The notes under the pieces: model-generated
What the model saw: the letters and a program-made list of their open reading frames with translations, nothing else
Told to the model about the DNA's origin: nothing
The model's database searches: none
Assembly (NCBI GenBank): GCA_963575745.1
Contig: CAUYUJ010000040.1
Span: 1 to 64,000 of the forward strand
Origin: Prorocentrum cordatum
Taxonomy: Eukaryota
Direction of reading: 5' to 3'
DNA: 64,000 nucleotides
Shown: positions 37,084-47,700 of the stretch, in pieces
Position numbering within the stretch: the stretch's first letter is position 1
How the letters are laid out: every line of letters begins with the position of its first letter
Made by a program: the position numbers and the translations under genes

Positions 37084-40027
37084 CCTCACCTCTCTTCCTT
37101 GCTTCCCCTCTTCCCCTCTACCCTCCAACCCCGTCCTCCAGGGAGGCGACGCCAGACGTCCGAGAGGAGAGAGGGGGAGAGAGCCCGAGGCGGGCCGGCA
37201 GGCGCGGAAGGAGTGCCTTTTTCTTCTCCTGGTCGGTCGTGCCCGCGACGACCTCGGCCGCTGGGCAGCAGGAGCCGCGGTCGGTACCCAGACGTCCGAA
37301 GGATGTTTGTCTACCACTCTCAGCGCTGCTTCGCGACAGAGGGGGTGATCCAAAAGAGATCTGGGACGGATATAGATGTCCCTGGGGAAGGGGTCAAGAC
37401 CTCTGGGCCCCGCGGATTGGAAACCGTGAGGTCGTCGGATGCCGGCGATGCTGCCCAGGAGCCAAGGGACAGATCCAGGGACAGAACGAAGCGATCAACA
37501 TCAGGTGACTATCTGCAGTCATCGTGTTGGTAAAAGGGGAGCTGAATCAGGAACGGAGGGGCTCGTGTGATCAGGGCGAACTTCGGCCACGAACAGGACC
37601 CCCGATCTAGATCTTAGGATCGGCCCGTGAACAGAGCCTCTCCTGAGCCCAACGTGGTCCTTATTTCATCGTCTTGGCTGTATTCAGCGTTCTCCTTTGC
37701 CTCCAGTCGGTCTGTCTGGCTCCTCCAGGGCGCCCGGCCTGCAGGATGGCCAGCCGACCAATGGCGCAGGAGGCGAGCATCAAGGATGGCCAGGGAGGAA
37801 AAGGGGCAATATGGGAGTCAAGCGACCGGCTCCTCACTTGGACACTTCATGATGCAAGGCCAGGGCCAGTATCACTACTCCTCCAACTCCTTATCCCCAT
37901 CCTCCTCAGCCCTCTCCCCCCTTGGAAATCAGTTGTTGAGGTCCTCTCCAGAAGCTACCAAAGGCCCAAACCATTGTCAAAGGCGATTGAACACATAAAA
38001 ACATCGATCCTCGATCCTCCTCTCTACTCTCCCACTACTCTTTTGGAAGGCTCGCGTCTTTGGCCGAGCTTCCCCCTTCTCTTGATGATTCCTGCTCTCG
38101 CTCGTTCCCTCCCCTCCCCCTTTCCCTACCTGCCCTCTCCCCCTGTCCCCCCTCCCACTCTCCCTGCACCCCTCCCCCACCGCCTCCTCATGCACCGATA
38201 GGAATACCGACACCTGCAATTGCTGATGCAATGACCCTGCCTACCACGCCCAATCTGAACTCGACCTGCGCGAGCTGCAGAACCGCATACGGATCCGAGG
38301 TCCAATGTCGATCCAACCACATTCGCGGGAGAGCCGTCTTGACGCCACACTGGTGAACACGCTCTGTCTCGTTCCACCTACACCTCTCCCTCTCCCTCTC
38401 TCCCTCGCTCCATCCCCCCCGCTTTCGAAGTCCACCCTCGTATAATAAACTCAGACATGTCGGGATGGGCCGACGGTCGAAATTCCCGCCGCCTCCTGAT
38501 GCTTGCCAGGGGAATTACTAAATTGCCAGGCGTTAACCGACCGTCTCAACCCTTCCAAAAAGGCTTGCAGTGGAGTCTTGGCCGATCCCGCCACCATGTT
38601 CCAAAGAAGGCGTTTCGCCTGAGACACCCTCACAAAATAGATGACGAATGATGTTGATTACGACGTCACTCGTTTGAAATGAAGCGTTCGGTGCAGATAC
38701 CCTCAACAAACACATTACCTCACATTGTTTTGTCTTCCGAGTGCCCGGCGGACAGGCGCTTCAACTGAGACATCCTCACACCATGAAGCTGTTGGAGGAC
38801 CATTGCTCACGATACCATTCGTAAGCATGAAGCTCTAGCTGCAGGGCTTCCTCGGAAAATCGAAATTTGAGTGGGCACGCGATTTGTTCGTGTCTTCGAA
38901 AAAACGAGGCACTCGCCTGAGATATTATCGACCAAAATTATGCTTGAAGGGCGCTTAGTTTCAAATTGCCCAAGAAGCCTCCAAGCTGGACCGACGACAA
39001 CGTAAGAGTCCCCAAGGGTGTGCCAAGATCGCCCAAAGATAGTCCGAGATGGCCTCCAAGGTGGTTGAGATGACCCAAGATGGCCACAAAGACGGCTAAT
39101 CTGACCTCAAAGACGGCCGATATGATCCTATATGGTCTGCAAGACGGTCCAGCATGCCCTCCAAAATGGCCCGAAGACGACCTAAGATGGACTGCAGGGG
39201 CCGCGAAGAGGCCAAGGAGGCCCCAACAGGCCCCCATGAGACCTCATCCATGTCCTTCCTCTTCTCCTTCTCCTCCTCTTCCCTCTCCTGTTCCTCCCCC
39301 TCTTTCTCCCCCAAAATGTCTCCCCCAGGGCTGCTTCCACAACGGTCTGGTGAACAAATAATCAAATATATTTGCCAAACTGTGCCCCAACATTTGGCCA
39401 AATACGCGTTTCGAAAAACGGCCGGGTGCGTTGGTGGTTCGCCACATGCGTCTTCAATGTATACAAGCTGGGTGTGCATTAAGTGGAATGAGCGCGCGAA
39501 GTACAGGTTGTGGCTCTAGTATGGCGGTCGTCACAACATTGTGTATGCATGTGTGGAACTGGAGTGAATGAAGGAATCTTTAGTGCACGCAACACTACCA
39601 AGACCAATGGGCCTCAGCAGCCGCAAGAACAGGGAAAGTGCCAGCAGTAGCGGTAGCGACAATTGATGTGCAACAACCGCTGAAGGGCCCCACCTCCAAG
39701 CAAACGAAGGCGACGACGCCCACGCATGTGGAGGTCCTGGCGGCCAAGGGGGCGGCGGAACGCGGTTCCTTCATCCTCCATCGCCTCATCCTCCTCATCG
39801 CCCGCAGGCTCCTACGGCGGTATAGAAGCAGCGGCAGCAGCGGCAGTACCAGAACCTTTCGAACTTCCACATCGATTGCCGAAATCTTATGTCATCCCCC
39901 GCAGCTGCACATAAGAGAGAGGGTGTTTGGCGGCGCTCTTAGAAGCCACGGCGCGCTCGCTGCTAGCGGGAGTTGGACCGAAACTGCTACGGACACACCG
40001 CCCCTCTTCGGTGAGCCCTCCAAACGT

Positions 40028-40125
40028 GCCAGCGTGGCCCCTGCCCCCCCAGCGTGGCCTCCCAGTTGAGCCTCCCAGCGTGGCCCCCCAGCGTGGCCTC
40101 CCAGCGTGGCCTCCCAGCGTGGCCG
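40028..40125. repeat. 13-bp minisatellite (CCCAGCGTGGCCT)n
   Basis: About 6 units. Confidence 0.85.
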
Positions 40126-40446
40126 TTGGAGAGACGACCCCAAAACGGACGAACGCGAGCAAGGACGGAGTAAGACCGCTCGGGCACCCTCTAGCTGATT
40201 ATGTTGTTGAGTGTTCCAACCCTCGTGCGTTAGATTGTCGTTTCGAATAGGGCGCTCTGGTCTCCATTCCTTCCTTCCCGCCTCCCCCCTTTCTCGTCCC
40301 TCTTCATCCAGCCTGCCCTCTACCTGGAATGTTTTCGCACCTGGGGAGCTGCGACCTGCGAAACTGTCGTTCATGTCGAATGCTGCTGGGGGGGCAAACG
40401 GAGTGACGTCATACGCTGACTCATTGAGACCCCGCCGTCCTCGGGG

Positions 40447-40682
40447 TGCGAGATATACACTGTACATATGTGTAGACAACATAGCAAGAGAGTAAAAGAG
40501 CGCGCACAACATTATAACCACGACCGGGGGACGAAGAGCAGCCTCCGACCGTACTTTCTTTTGGCCCAAACCTTGAGAGGGCCCTTGAGTCACCAGCGCA
40601 CGGTGTGAAACCATCCCCCATGTTATGCGTTCTTATCTTTCTGATTGCCATCAGAGACTTCGAGGGCTTTGATGCGTTCATA
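40447..40682 (+). repeat. 5' LTR of outer Copia element
   Basis: TGCGAGATATAC...GCGTTCATA; homologous to 54861-55096. Confidence 0.9.
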
Positions 40683-40940
40683 TTGGAAGCGGAACCTGGT
40701 TCGCCAGGCTCACGTTTCGACCTCCCATATCCCGGCGACTTCTGCACGAAAGCGTTCGACCACTCCGCAAGCTTCGGTTACGTAAACCACACAGCGACCG
40801 ATTTCGTAGAGCTCCCGCGGTTGAATTTCGACAACCCGTTGCCGTGCAATGTCGTAGACCAGCCTACCGGAGATTTCGAAGATTTCTCAAGGCGGCTCAC
40901 GTTTGATTTCGTAGACCCATTGCAGTTCGATTTCGGCCAG

Positions 40941-42484
40941 ATGGCGAAGACGGCGACATCATCGGACATTCTCCCAGAGCGAGGATTTCCACAGTTCGAC
41001 GGCACCCTCAGCAAATGGAATGAGTACGAGAAGCGGCCGATGATCTTCATAGCGAAGCTTTCGCTGGAGAAGGAAGGCGAAGCGGCTCTCATGCTCAGCG
41101 CAGGTCTCACCGGCGAGGCCTGGGACGAGGTGGGGGACCTCTCAGCGGACGACCTCATCAAGCCGAACGCGGCGAAACTGCTCATGGACGGACTACAGAA
41201 GCGCTTCAAGATGGACGATCGCACCGAGCTTGCAGACGATTTCGAGGAGCACTTCTACAAGCTCAAGAGGCACAGGGGCGAGACGCTCTTCGCCTACCTC
41301 TCGCGAATTCGAGCAGCAGACCAGAAGCTCAAGACGTGCGACACCGAGCTACCCGCCATGGTGCGAGGCTGGCTCACGCTACGACGCGGCGGCTACAATG
41401 CGGACCAGAAGGCAGTCATCATGTCGGTGGTCGGCAAGGACATCACTCAGGACAAAGGGATCGAGGCGCTGGAGACCACCTTCGGGCAGGAGAGCACTAT
41501 CCACGAGCCGAATCACGCACGGAAGCAATATTTCGTCGACAAGGAAGGAGATTACTACGAAGAAGAAACTTACACTGTCGAAGGGGAGGTCGAGCCAACG
41601 GAAGACTACGAGCAGGAGTACTGGGCGGAGCGTGGTACGACTGCGATGAGAGTTGCTACCAACGCGAGTCCAGCGCGGCTCACGAGCTCGGCCCTGGCGA
41701 GTACGACGAGGTATGCGTGGCCTGCGCGGGCGCCAGGGCGCGGTTCAACGACCTGAAGTTAGCGCGAGGGCTCTACCCAGTCGTGGCAACGGTCGGAAGC
41801 GGATCAAGTTCAAGTGCAGCACCGGTTGGAGCCACCGGCGGCCGAGGCAAGCCAAGCAGCAAAGGTTCCAAAGGGCGCGGAAAGTCAAATAGAAGAAAGG
41901 GCAGCCCAAAAGGTTCATCACCACCCGGCGCCCATGTGAGAGCACGACCAGACAGGCCAGACCCAGTGGGACGAGCCAGGGCAGCTACACGGCCAACTCC
42001 CACGTCTTCACCATCGGCCAACAGCCTGCGGTGCGGGAAGCCAGGCCACTGGGCCAGGTACTGCACCAAGCCTCCTAACAAGAAGAGGGGTCACCCCGAC
42101 GAGAGCCTCACGGTCGACGAGGTCTACTGGGGCGGGAAGGCCAATAGCAGCAGCGCGATCCCAGCCAGCAGCGGAGTCATGGCCTGTGGAGCCACCGCAC
42201 TTATGTCGGGCTCGGAGACAGTCAAGGACTACGTGGCAGACTGCAAGCAGAACGGCCACCCCATCCAGGTTCTCAAATTTTACAAGTGTCGAGGGCCATT
42301 CCGATTCGGAAACGGCAAGGTCGAGTACCCGCAGTGGTGTGGAACCATACCAGCCAGCTTCAAGCAGAAGTCAGGGACGCTCTACATCCGCGAAATACCG
42401 GGACGAACTCCAATCTTATGTCCTAGGCCCTTGTTTAAGGAGTTCGAGGTACAAGTTGACTACGCCAAGCAGATGGTCAGGTGA
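40941..42484 (+). pseudogene. Outer element gag, Zn knuckle and degenerate aspartic protease
   Basis: PQFDG...GLTGEAW...LKRHRGETLFAY...RGWLTLRRGG; xLRCGKPGHWARYC (~42023-42064); GVMACGAT (catalytic D lost)...FRFGNG...TPILCPRP. One frameshift near 41640. Confidence 0.75.
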
Positions 42485-43059
42485 TATCCTGGAACGGGGG
42501 CGAGTTCGCCCCTCTCCCCCCAAGGACACTAACCCGTGGACTTGCAAGAGGAGCTGGACGAGGACACGATTCGCCAGAGGATCGATTTCAAGTTCGAACC
42601 AACCGACGCAGCTCAGCTCCTAGACCCCAGCAACGAGACGATGAGCGGCCTGGAGTTGATGGGCAACGTCTACATGGTGGACTCCAGTAGCGACGGCGAA
42701 CAATGAGAGCAGGCTATACAGCGGCCTCATTCCGAAGCATGTCCCCGACGAATGGTACAGCTAAGCTGCTGCGGATCCTACACGAAGCAGTGGGAGTGTC
42801 AGCGGCGCACTTCCTGTGGCAGCTTGCGTTTGACTACGAAACCCACCGAGCCAGTCGACTTGAGCCTATCGGAGGCCTGCTGGCGTCTACAGATCGCCAT
42901 CCGACGAGATCAGGTTCAGCACTGACGACGGCAACAACAGTACCATCCAGCAGGCCACGAGCAGCTTCGTCCAGAAGATCGACTCAGCAGTAACGCGCGC
43001 CAGCGACCAATACCTGCAGACGATGCGACGAGCAGCTCACCGGCGATGCACGCAACGAC

Positions 43060-43600
43060 GCACAATTTGGGACGTCTACGCAGGAGAGGCCAGACTCTCA
43101 CAGGCACTCCGTGACCTAAGAGCGCGCGTGGAGACCTTCGGGCTCAATGCCGGGTGGGCCTTCGCCAAGGAGGACCACCAGAAGGCTTTTCTGAAGAAGC
43201 TTCAGGAAGAGCAGCCCGACGAGGTCCACCTCTCGCCTATGCGGGCCCTGGTCCAACATGCAGAAGCTCAATATCCACCATCATCCCAGATGGGAGGAGT
43301 ATCTCACCGACCTACGAGAATGGCATCATCGAGAACATTTACAATGCACGGCCAAGGCCCATCGCATCCCTCAGGAGGCAGGATGTCATGCACACATTGA
43401 GCATCCGGCTAGCAGCAACATGGTCAAGAAACCGACGATGATCAAGACGACCAAGAAGCCCATGGCCACTATCCTCAACGAACGATATGATCGTTCTCGT
43501 GGACGCGACCTACTCGAAGGAAAACAACGCACCAAGCAGTCGGAGGACTACCCATTCATCATGGCAGCTACGGTGGCACAAGTCATGGTCGCGCCCGAGA
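43060..43600 (+). pseudogene. C5 DNA cytosine methyltransferase-like domain within the outer Copia polyprotein (frameshifted, partly deleted)
   Basis: Motif I-like IWDVYAGEARLS (43065-43100); motif IV-like LSPx|CGPWS across a frameshift (43230-43254); motif VI-like HIEHP (43393-43407); KKPT; motif X-like DYPFIMAATVAQVM (43546-43587). Confidence 0.6.
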
Positions 43601-43681
43601 TTGAGGAGATCTATCCAGTCGAGGACTCCACCCAGTCCGAGGAGAGCACCAAACCAGGCCATTCTGAATCCCATCCAGAAG

Positions 43682-43889
43682 TGTTGAGGCATCCTGCATG
43701 TTCAGGGCATTTGCTGATTGTATATGCTGGAGCTCTCGACCCCATGTAGCAATGCAATGCAGCAGTTAGCATGTGGGTGGGTAGGTCGGTAGCATCAGCA
43801 GTGTAGCACAGAGTGAAGAGAGTTGGACTGCAGCCCTCTTTGGCCCGTGCGCTGAAAAGAGCCCGTGCGCGTCCGCGCGCGCTCCGACA
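43682..43889 (+). repeat. 5' LTR of inner Copia element
   Basis: TGTTGAGG...CTCCGACA. Confidence 0.97.
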
Positions 43890-43901
43890 TGGTAGCGGAG
43901 C
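43890..43901 (+). promoter_or_regulatory. Primer-binding site, probably initiator tRNA-Met
   Basis: TGGTAGCGGAGC lies immediately after the 5' LTR and resembles the TGGTAGC.. iMet PBS of Ty1/copia elements. Confidence 0.75.
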
Positions 43902-43907
43902 TGTGGT

Positions 43908-44756
43908 ATGCCTCCTAAGGCCCACCGCAGCTCCAGAGGACCTTCGCCAAGCGGCTCGATAGCCGCATCTTCTTCCAGGTCGGGGGACGCCCCTCCGCAC
44001 CTGGCCGGCGCCCCCTGGCGCCACCAGCCGCGGCCGCAGCGCCGCGCCCAGCCCGGTGGTGAGGGCCACCCGTTTGCCCACGATACGGGCCGGAACGCGA
44101 GCGCGGCTCAGGAGCCGTCTCAGCGTCGCCGCGGAGAGCGTCGGAGTGTGGAGGCAAAGGAGCTTCGCCACCGACGCTGGGTCACCAAGCTGATCCTGAG
44201 GCGCGACCCGGACACCTCAGAGGCTTTGGCGAGCAACCTGGAGGCGAGGCGCTACGCTGATCTGGGTATCAGCGTTGAGGACACGCCACTCCAGGAGGAC
44301 AGGCAGCGCATCGCCACCGCCAGGTCTGAGCCGCTGCGGCGTGCCGTGGTGGAAGGCCGCCCGTACTTGGACCGGGAGGACGAGCCGGACCAACTCTCGG
44401 GCGAGCTGCTGGAGACCAACAGCGAGCAGTACCAGGCAGTGGTGCGCCACTTCTGTCTCGTTGAACAGGCTGACATCTCGACGCTTGTTCGACTTGCGCG
44501 AGACGAGGTAGAGCAGCTCGTGTCGATCCAGGAGAGGCGGGGCGAGCTCCCTGACGGCGCAGAGGCAGACACTCTGCTCGGGGACGTCGGCCGCACCTTG
44601 GAGAACAGGCGAGCTTCTATCTCCCAGTGGGAGCGTCGCCACGCTGACGCGGGAGAACTCCTCGAGTTTCTGGACGAGATTCAGGAGGAGCGCAGAGCGG
44701 CTCGGGAAGCCGCCCGCGACCGTTCGCGTTCTAGGCAGCAGTCATGCCTACAGTAG
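43908..44756 (+). CDS. Extra 282-aa ORF upstream of gag-pol in the inner element; unknown function, acidic helical C-terminal half
   Basis: ATG lies 6 nt after the PBS. The ORF is uninterrupted and its stop overlaps the gag-pol ATG by 13 nt. Confidence 0.6.
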   Translation: MPPKAHRSSRGPSPSGSIAASSSRSGDAPPHLAGAPWRHQPRPQRRAQPGGEGHPFAHDTGRNASAAQEPSQRRRGERRSVEAKELRHRRWVTKLILRRDPDTSEALASNLEARRYADLGISVEDTPLQEDRQRIATARSEPLRRAVVEGRPYLDREDEPDQLSGELLETNSEQYQAVVRHFCLVEQADISTLVRLARDEVEQLVSIQERRGELPDGAEADTLLGDVGRTLENRRASISQWERRHADAGELLEFLDEIQEERRAAREAARDRSRSRQQSCLQ

Positions 44757-47700
44757 AAGAGCTACAGAACCAAGTCAGGGCTCAGGCGGGGCAGATCACG
44801 GAGCTTGTGGCAGCAATCAGAGAGCTGCGTACCATACCTGCTTCTGCTACTGCAGCTTCAGCTACGCCGCCGGCGCCGCAAGGGACTGGGTCGGTACTCC
44901 AGCCATGCGTCGGCACGCGTTTGATAGGTAAACCAGACACCTATCTAGGACAAAGGGCGAAGTGGCCAGAGTGGTCATTCGTCTTCAGGGCGTACTTAGC
45001 AGCACTAGACTCACGCTACCCAGCGCTTCTGGCGCGGGCGGAGGCTACTGCGAGCGTCGTGACAAACGCATCCCTGGAGCCATGGGAGGCTAGTCTGTCG
45101 GCGCAACTGTACTACGTCATGGTGATGCTCTTCCGTGATGCTGCACAGGATAAGATGTCGACCATCGGTGCCGGGGAGGGTCTGGAAGCGTGGCGGCAAG
45201 CCATTCTCGACTGGGACCCAAAGATCCGGACGCGAAAGGTCGGGCTCCTCATCAAAATCCTCACTGCAAACTTCTCTGGGGATATCCCGCAATCTCTCGA
45301 CCAGTTCGAGCATCTGGTTCGTGAGTACGAAGGACAGGCGGGGAAGCAATTTGACGAGGACCTCAATATTGGCATCGTGATTGTCAACATGGTAGACACG
45401 AGCATCCAGCAGCACTTAACGAAGAACTCCGCTAGGCTGGAGACGTGGAAGGCGCTGATGGAGGAGCTCTTGGACATGGCTAGGACAGAGCAGTACTTGA
45501 ACTCCCAACCAAAGCCGATGGAACTCGGCGCAACACCAAAAGGAGGGAAGGGAGCAGGAAAGGGCAAGAAGGGAGACGGAAAGGGCAAAGGAAAGGAGGA
45601 AGGAAAAGGCAAAGGCAAGGCGTCGGAGCCCAAGGGGAAGGCGAAGGCAGGAGCAAGTGAGAAGGTCTGTTGGTACTGTGAGAAGAAAGGACACATAGCC
45701 GCAGACTGCAAGAAGAAGGCTAAAGACGCCAAGAAGAAGCTGGCAGCAGCCCCGGAGCGACTGGGAGGCAACGACAGCGCGGCTCCGCACGCCGCCTTGC
45801 TGCAGGACAGTGACGAGGTCAGTCATGGTTTTCTGTTGCCGATGCTTCCTGTGGTGGAGACAGACCACCTGGCGGCGCTCCAGGGACCGAAAAGGGTGGT
45901 GGTGGACACAGGAGCAGGAGCATCTGTGTGCCCCGTATCTTTCGACGCCGCCGCCTCGGCAGATACGTCTGTCAAGCCTGTGACGCTGGCGACAGCCACA
46001 GGAGAGGAGGTCCGCCTACGAGACGGCAAACGGTCCCACCTCCAGGCCGCTGACGGCACCGGGGTCACCTCGAGGTACAGCTCGAGTGAGCAGGTGACAG
46101 TACCTGTAGTGTCTGCGTCGGACGCCTGTGACGCAGGGAACTGGCTGGTTTTCGGCCCAGGGGTCCAGAAAGTCATCTCTGCGCGAGATGCAGAGGGCCT
46201 GCGGCAGGTAGTGCAGGCGACGCCTGGCCTGGAAATGGTCAGAGACAGGGGCGTGTACTGGCTAGAGCTCTGGGACGAGCAGCCGGCAGGAGAAGCGCGA
46301 CCTCTGTGCCCTGACAAGCCGGTAAAGAAGGTGTTCACACCACCAGTGGAGATCCCGCCGGCAGCTCAGGAGCCGCAGGCAGCAGACGGATACCCCACAG
46401 CGCAGGAAGGGGGCTCGAGCGGGAGCGCGGATCGGAATCCGCCCCTGCCAGCACCCCGCGGGCCAGCGCCCGCGCCTGCGCGACCAGACAGCCGGCCGCC
46501 AACTCTGATGGCAGATTCAGAGGAAGCGAGGAGGCCCAGGGCCAAGAAAATCCCACCTACAGTCACGCAGGCTGAGTGGGATTCCCATCAGCTCACACAC
46601 CTGCCATTTAGGTCGTGGTGTGACCACTGCGTGTCAGGGAAGGCCACGGAGGACCCCCACACGCAGCAGGAACCCGAAGCTGAGGGAGCAGTGCCCAAAA
46701 TCTGCGTCGATTATTTCTTTCTCACGTCCAAAAGAGACGAGCAGGATATGTACGTAGTGCTGAACGTCTTGGACGCGAAGTCCGGAATGCCGTTCCCAGG
46801 CATGGTGAACCGGAAGGGTGAGGACGATTACGCTCTTGCACTGATGAGCGAAGCTGTCCGCTTCTGCGGGCGCACAAACATGCTTCTGCTGTCAGACGGC
46901 GAAAAGCCCATCAATCGTTTTATTGACGTGTTCATCGGGACCAGGAGCAGCAAGCATTGTGTGTCCAAGCGGAATACGCCGAAGGAGTCCTCACAGAGTG
47001 CCGGCCTAATCGAACGCAGCAACTACGAGGTGGAGAAAGAGTACAGGGCTCTGAAGCACAGGCTAGAGTCAGTGTACAAACAACAATTTCCTCTCGAACG
47101 CAAAATCCAGCCGTGGCTCGTTCGGCACGCTGGGTGGTTGCTAGTCCGTTTCCTGGTGAAGGCAGACGGTAAAACTCCGCACAGCCGGTTGTTCGGGAAG
47201 GACTACACTGGCGAGATCGTGGAGTTTGGCGAGTGCGTGCACCACAAGTCGCCGCTATCCACGGTCGGAAAAGCCGACGACAGGTGGAATCTCGGCGTCT
47301 GGCTGGGCAAGAGCATGAGGGCAGACGAACACCTTGTTGGTACGTCCAGAGGCGAGCTCACATGCAGGAGCATCTGGCGGAGGCCGGAGCAGCAGCGCTG
47401 GAACAAGCAGCTGTTAGATGCCTTCGTTGGGTCGCCCTGGGAGCCGGTACCGCCGGCAGCCCGGGAACTGCCAGAGGGGCCTTCGAGGCCACGAGACGTG
47501 TACATCACCTTGGACCGCATCATTCGGCTAGGCAAAGCGCCTGACTGCCCCGGATGTAAGGCGCCAGGTGATGCGCGGCACACGCCTGCCTGTCGGGAAC
47601 GCTTCGCGCGATTAGTCGCTGTGGAGAAAGAGGCGCAGGAGAAGGCCCAGGAGAAGGCCCGGGAGCAGCGTCAGAGAGCTGTTGACCACGCGCCGCCAGC

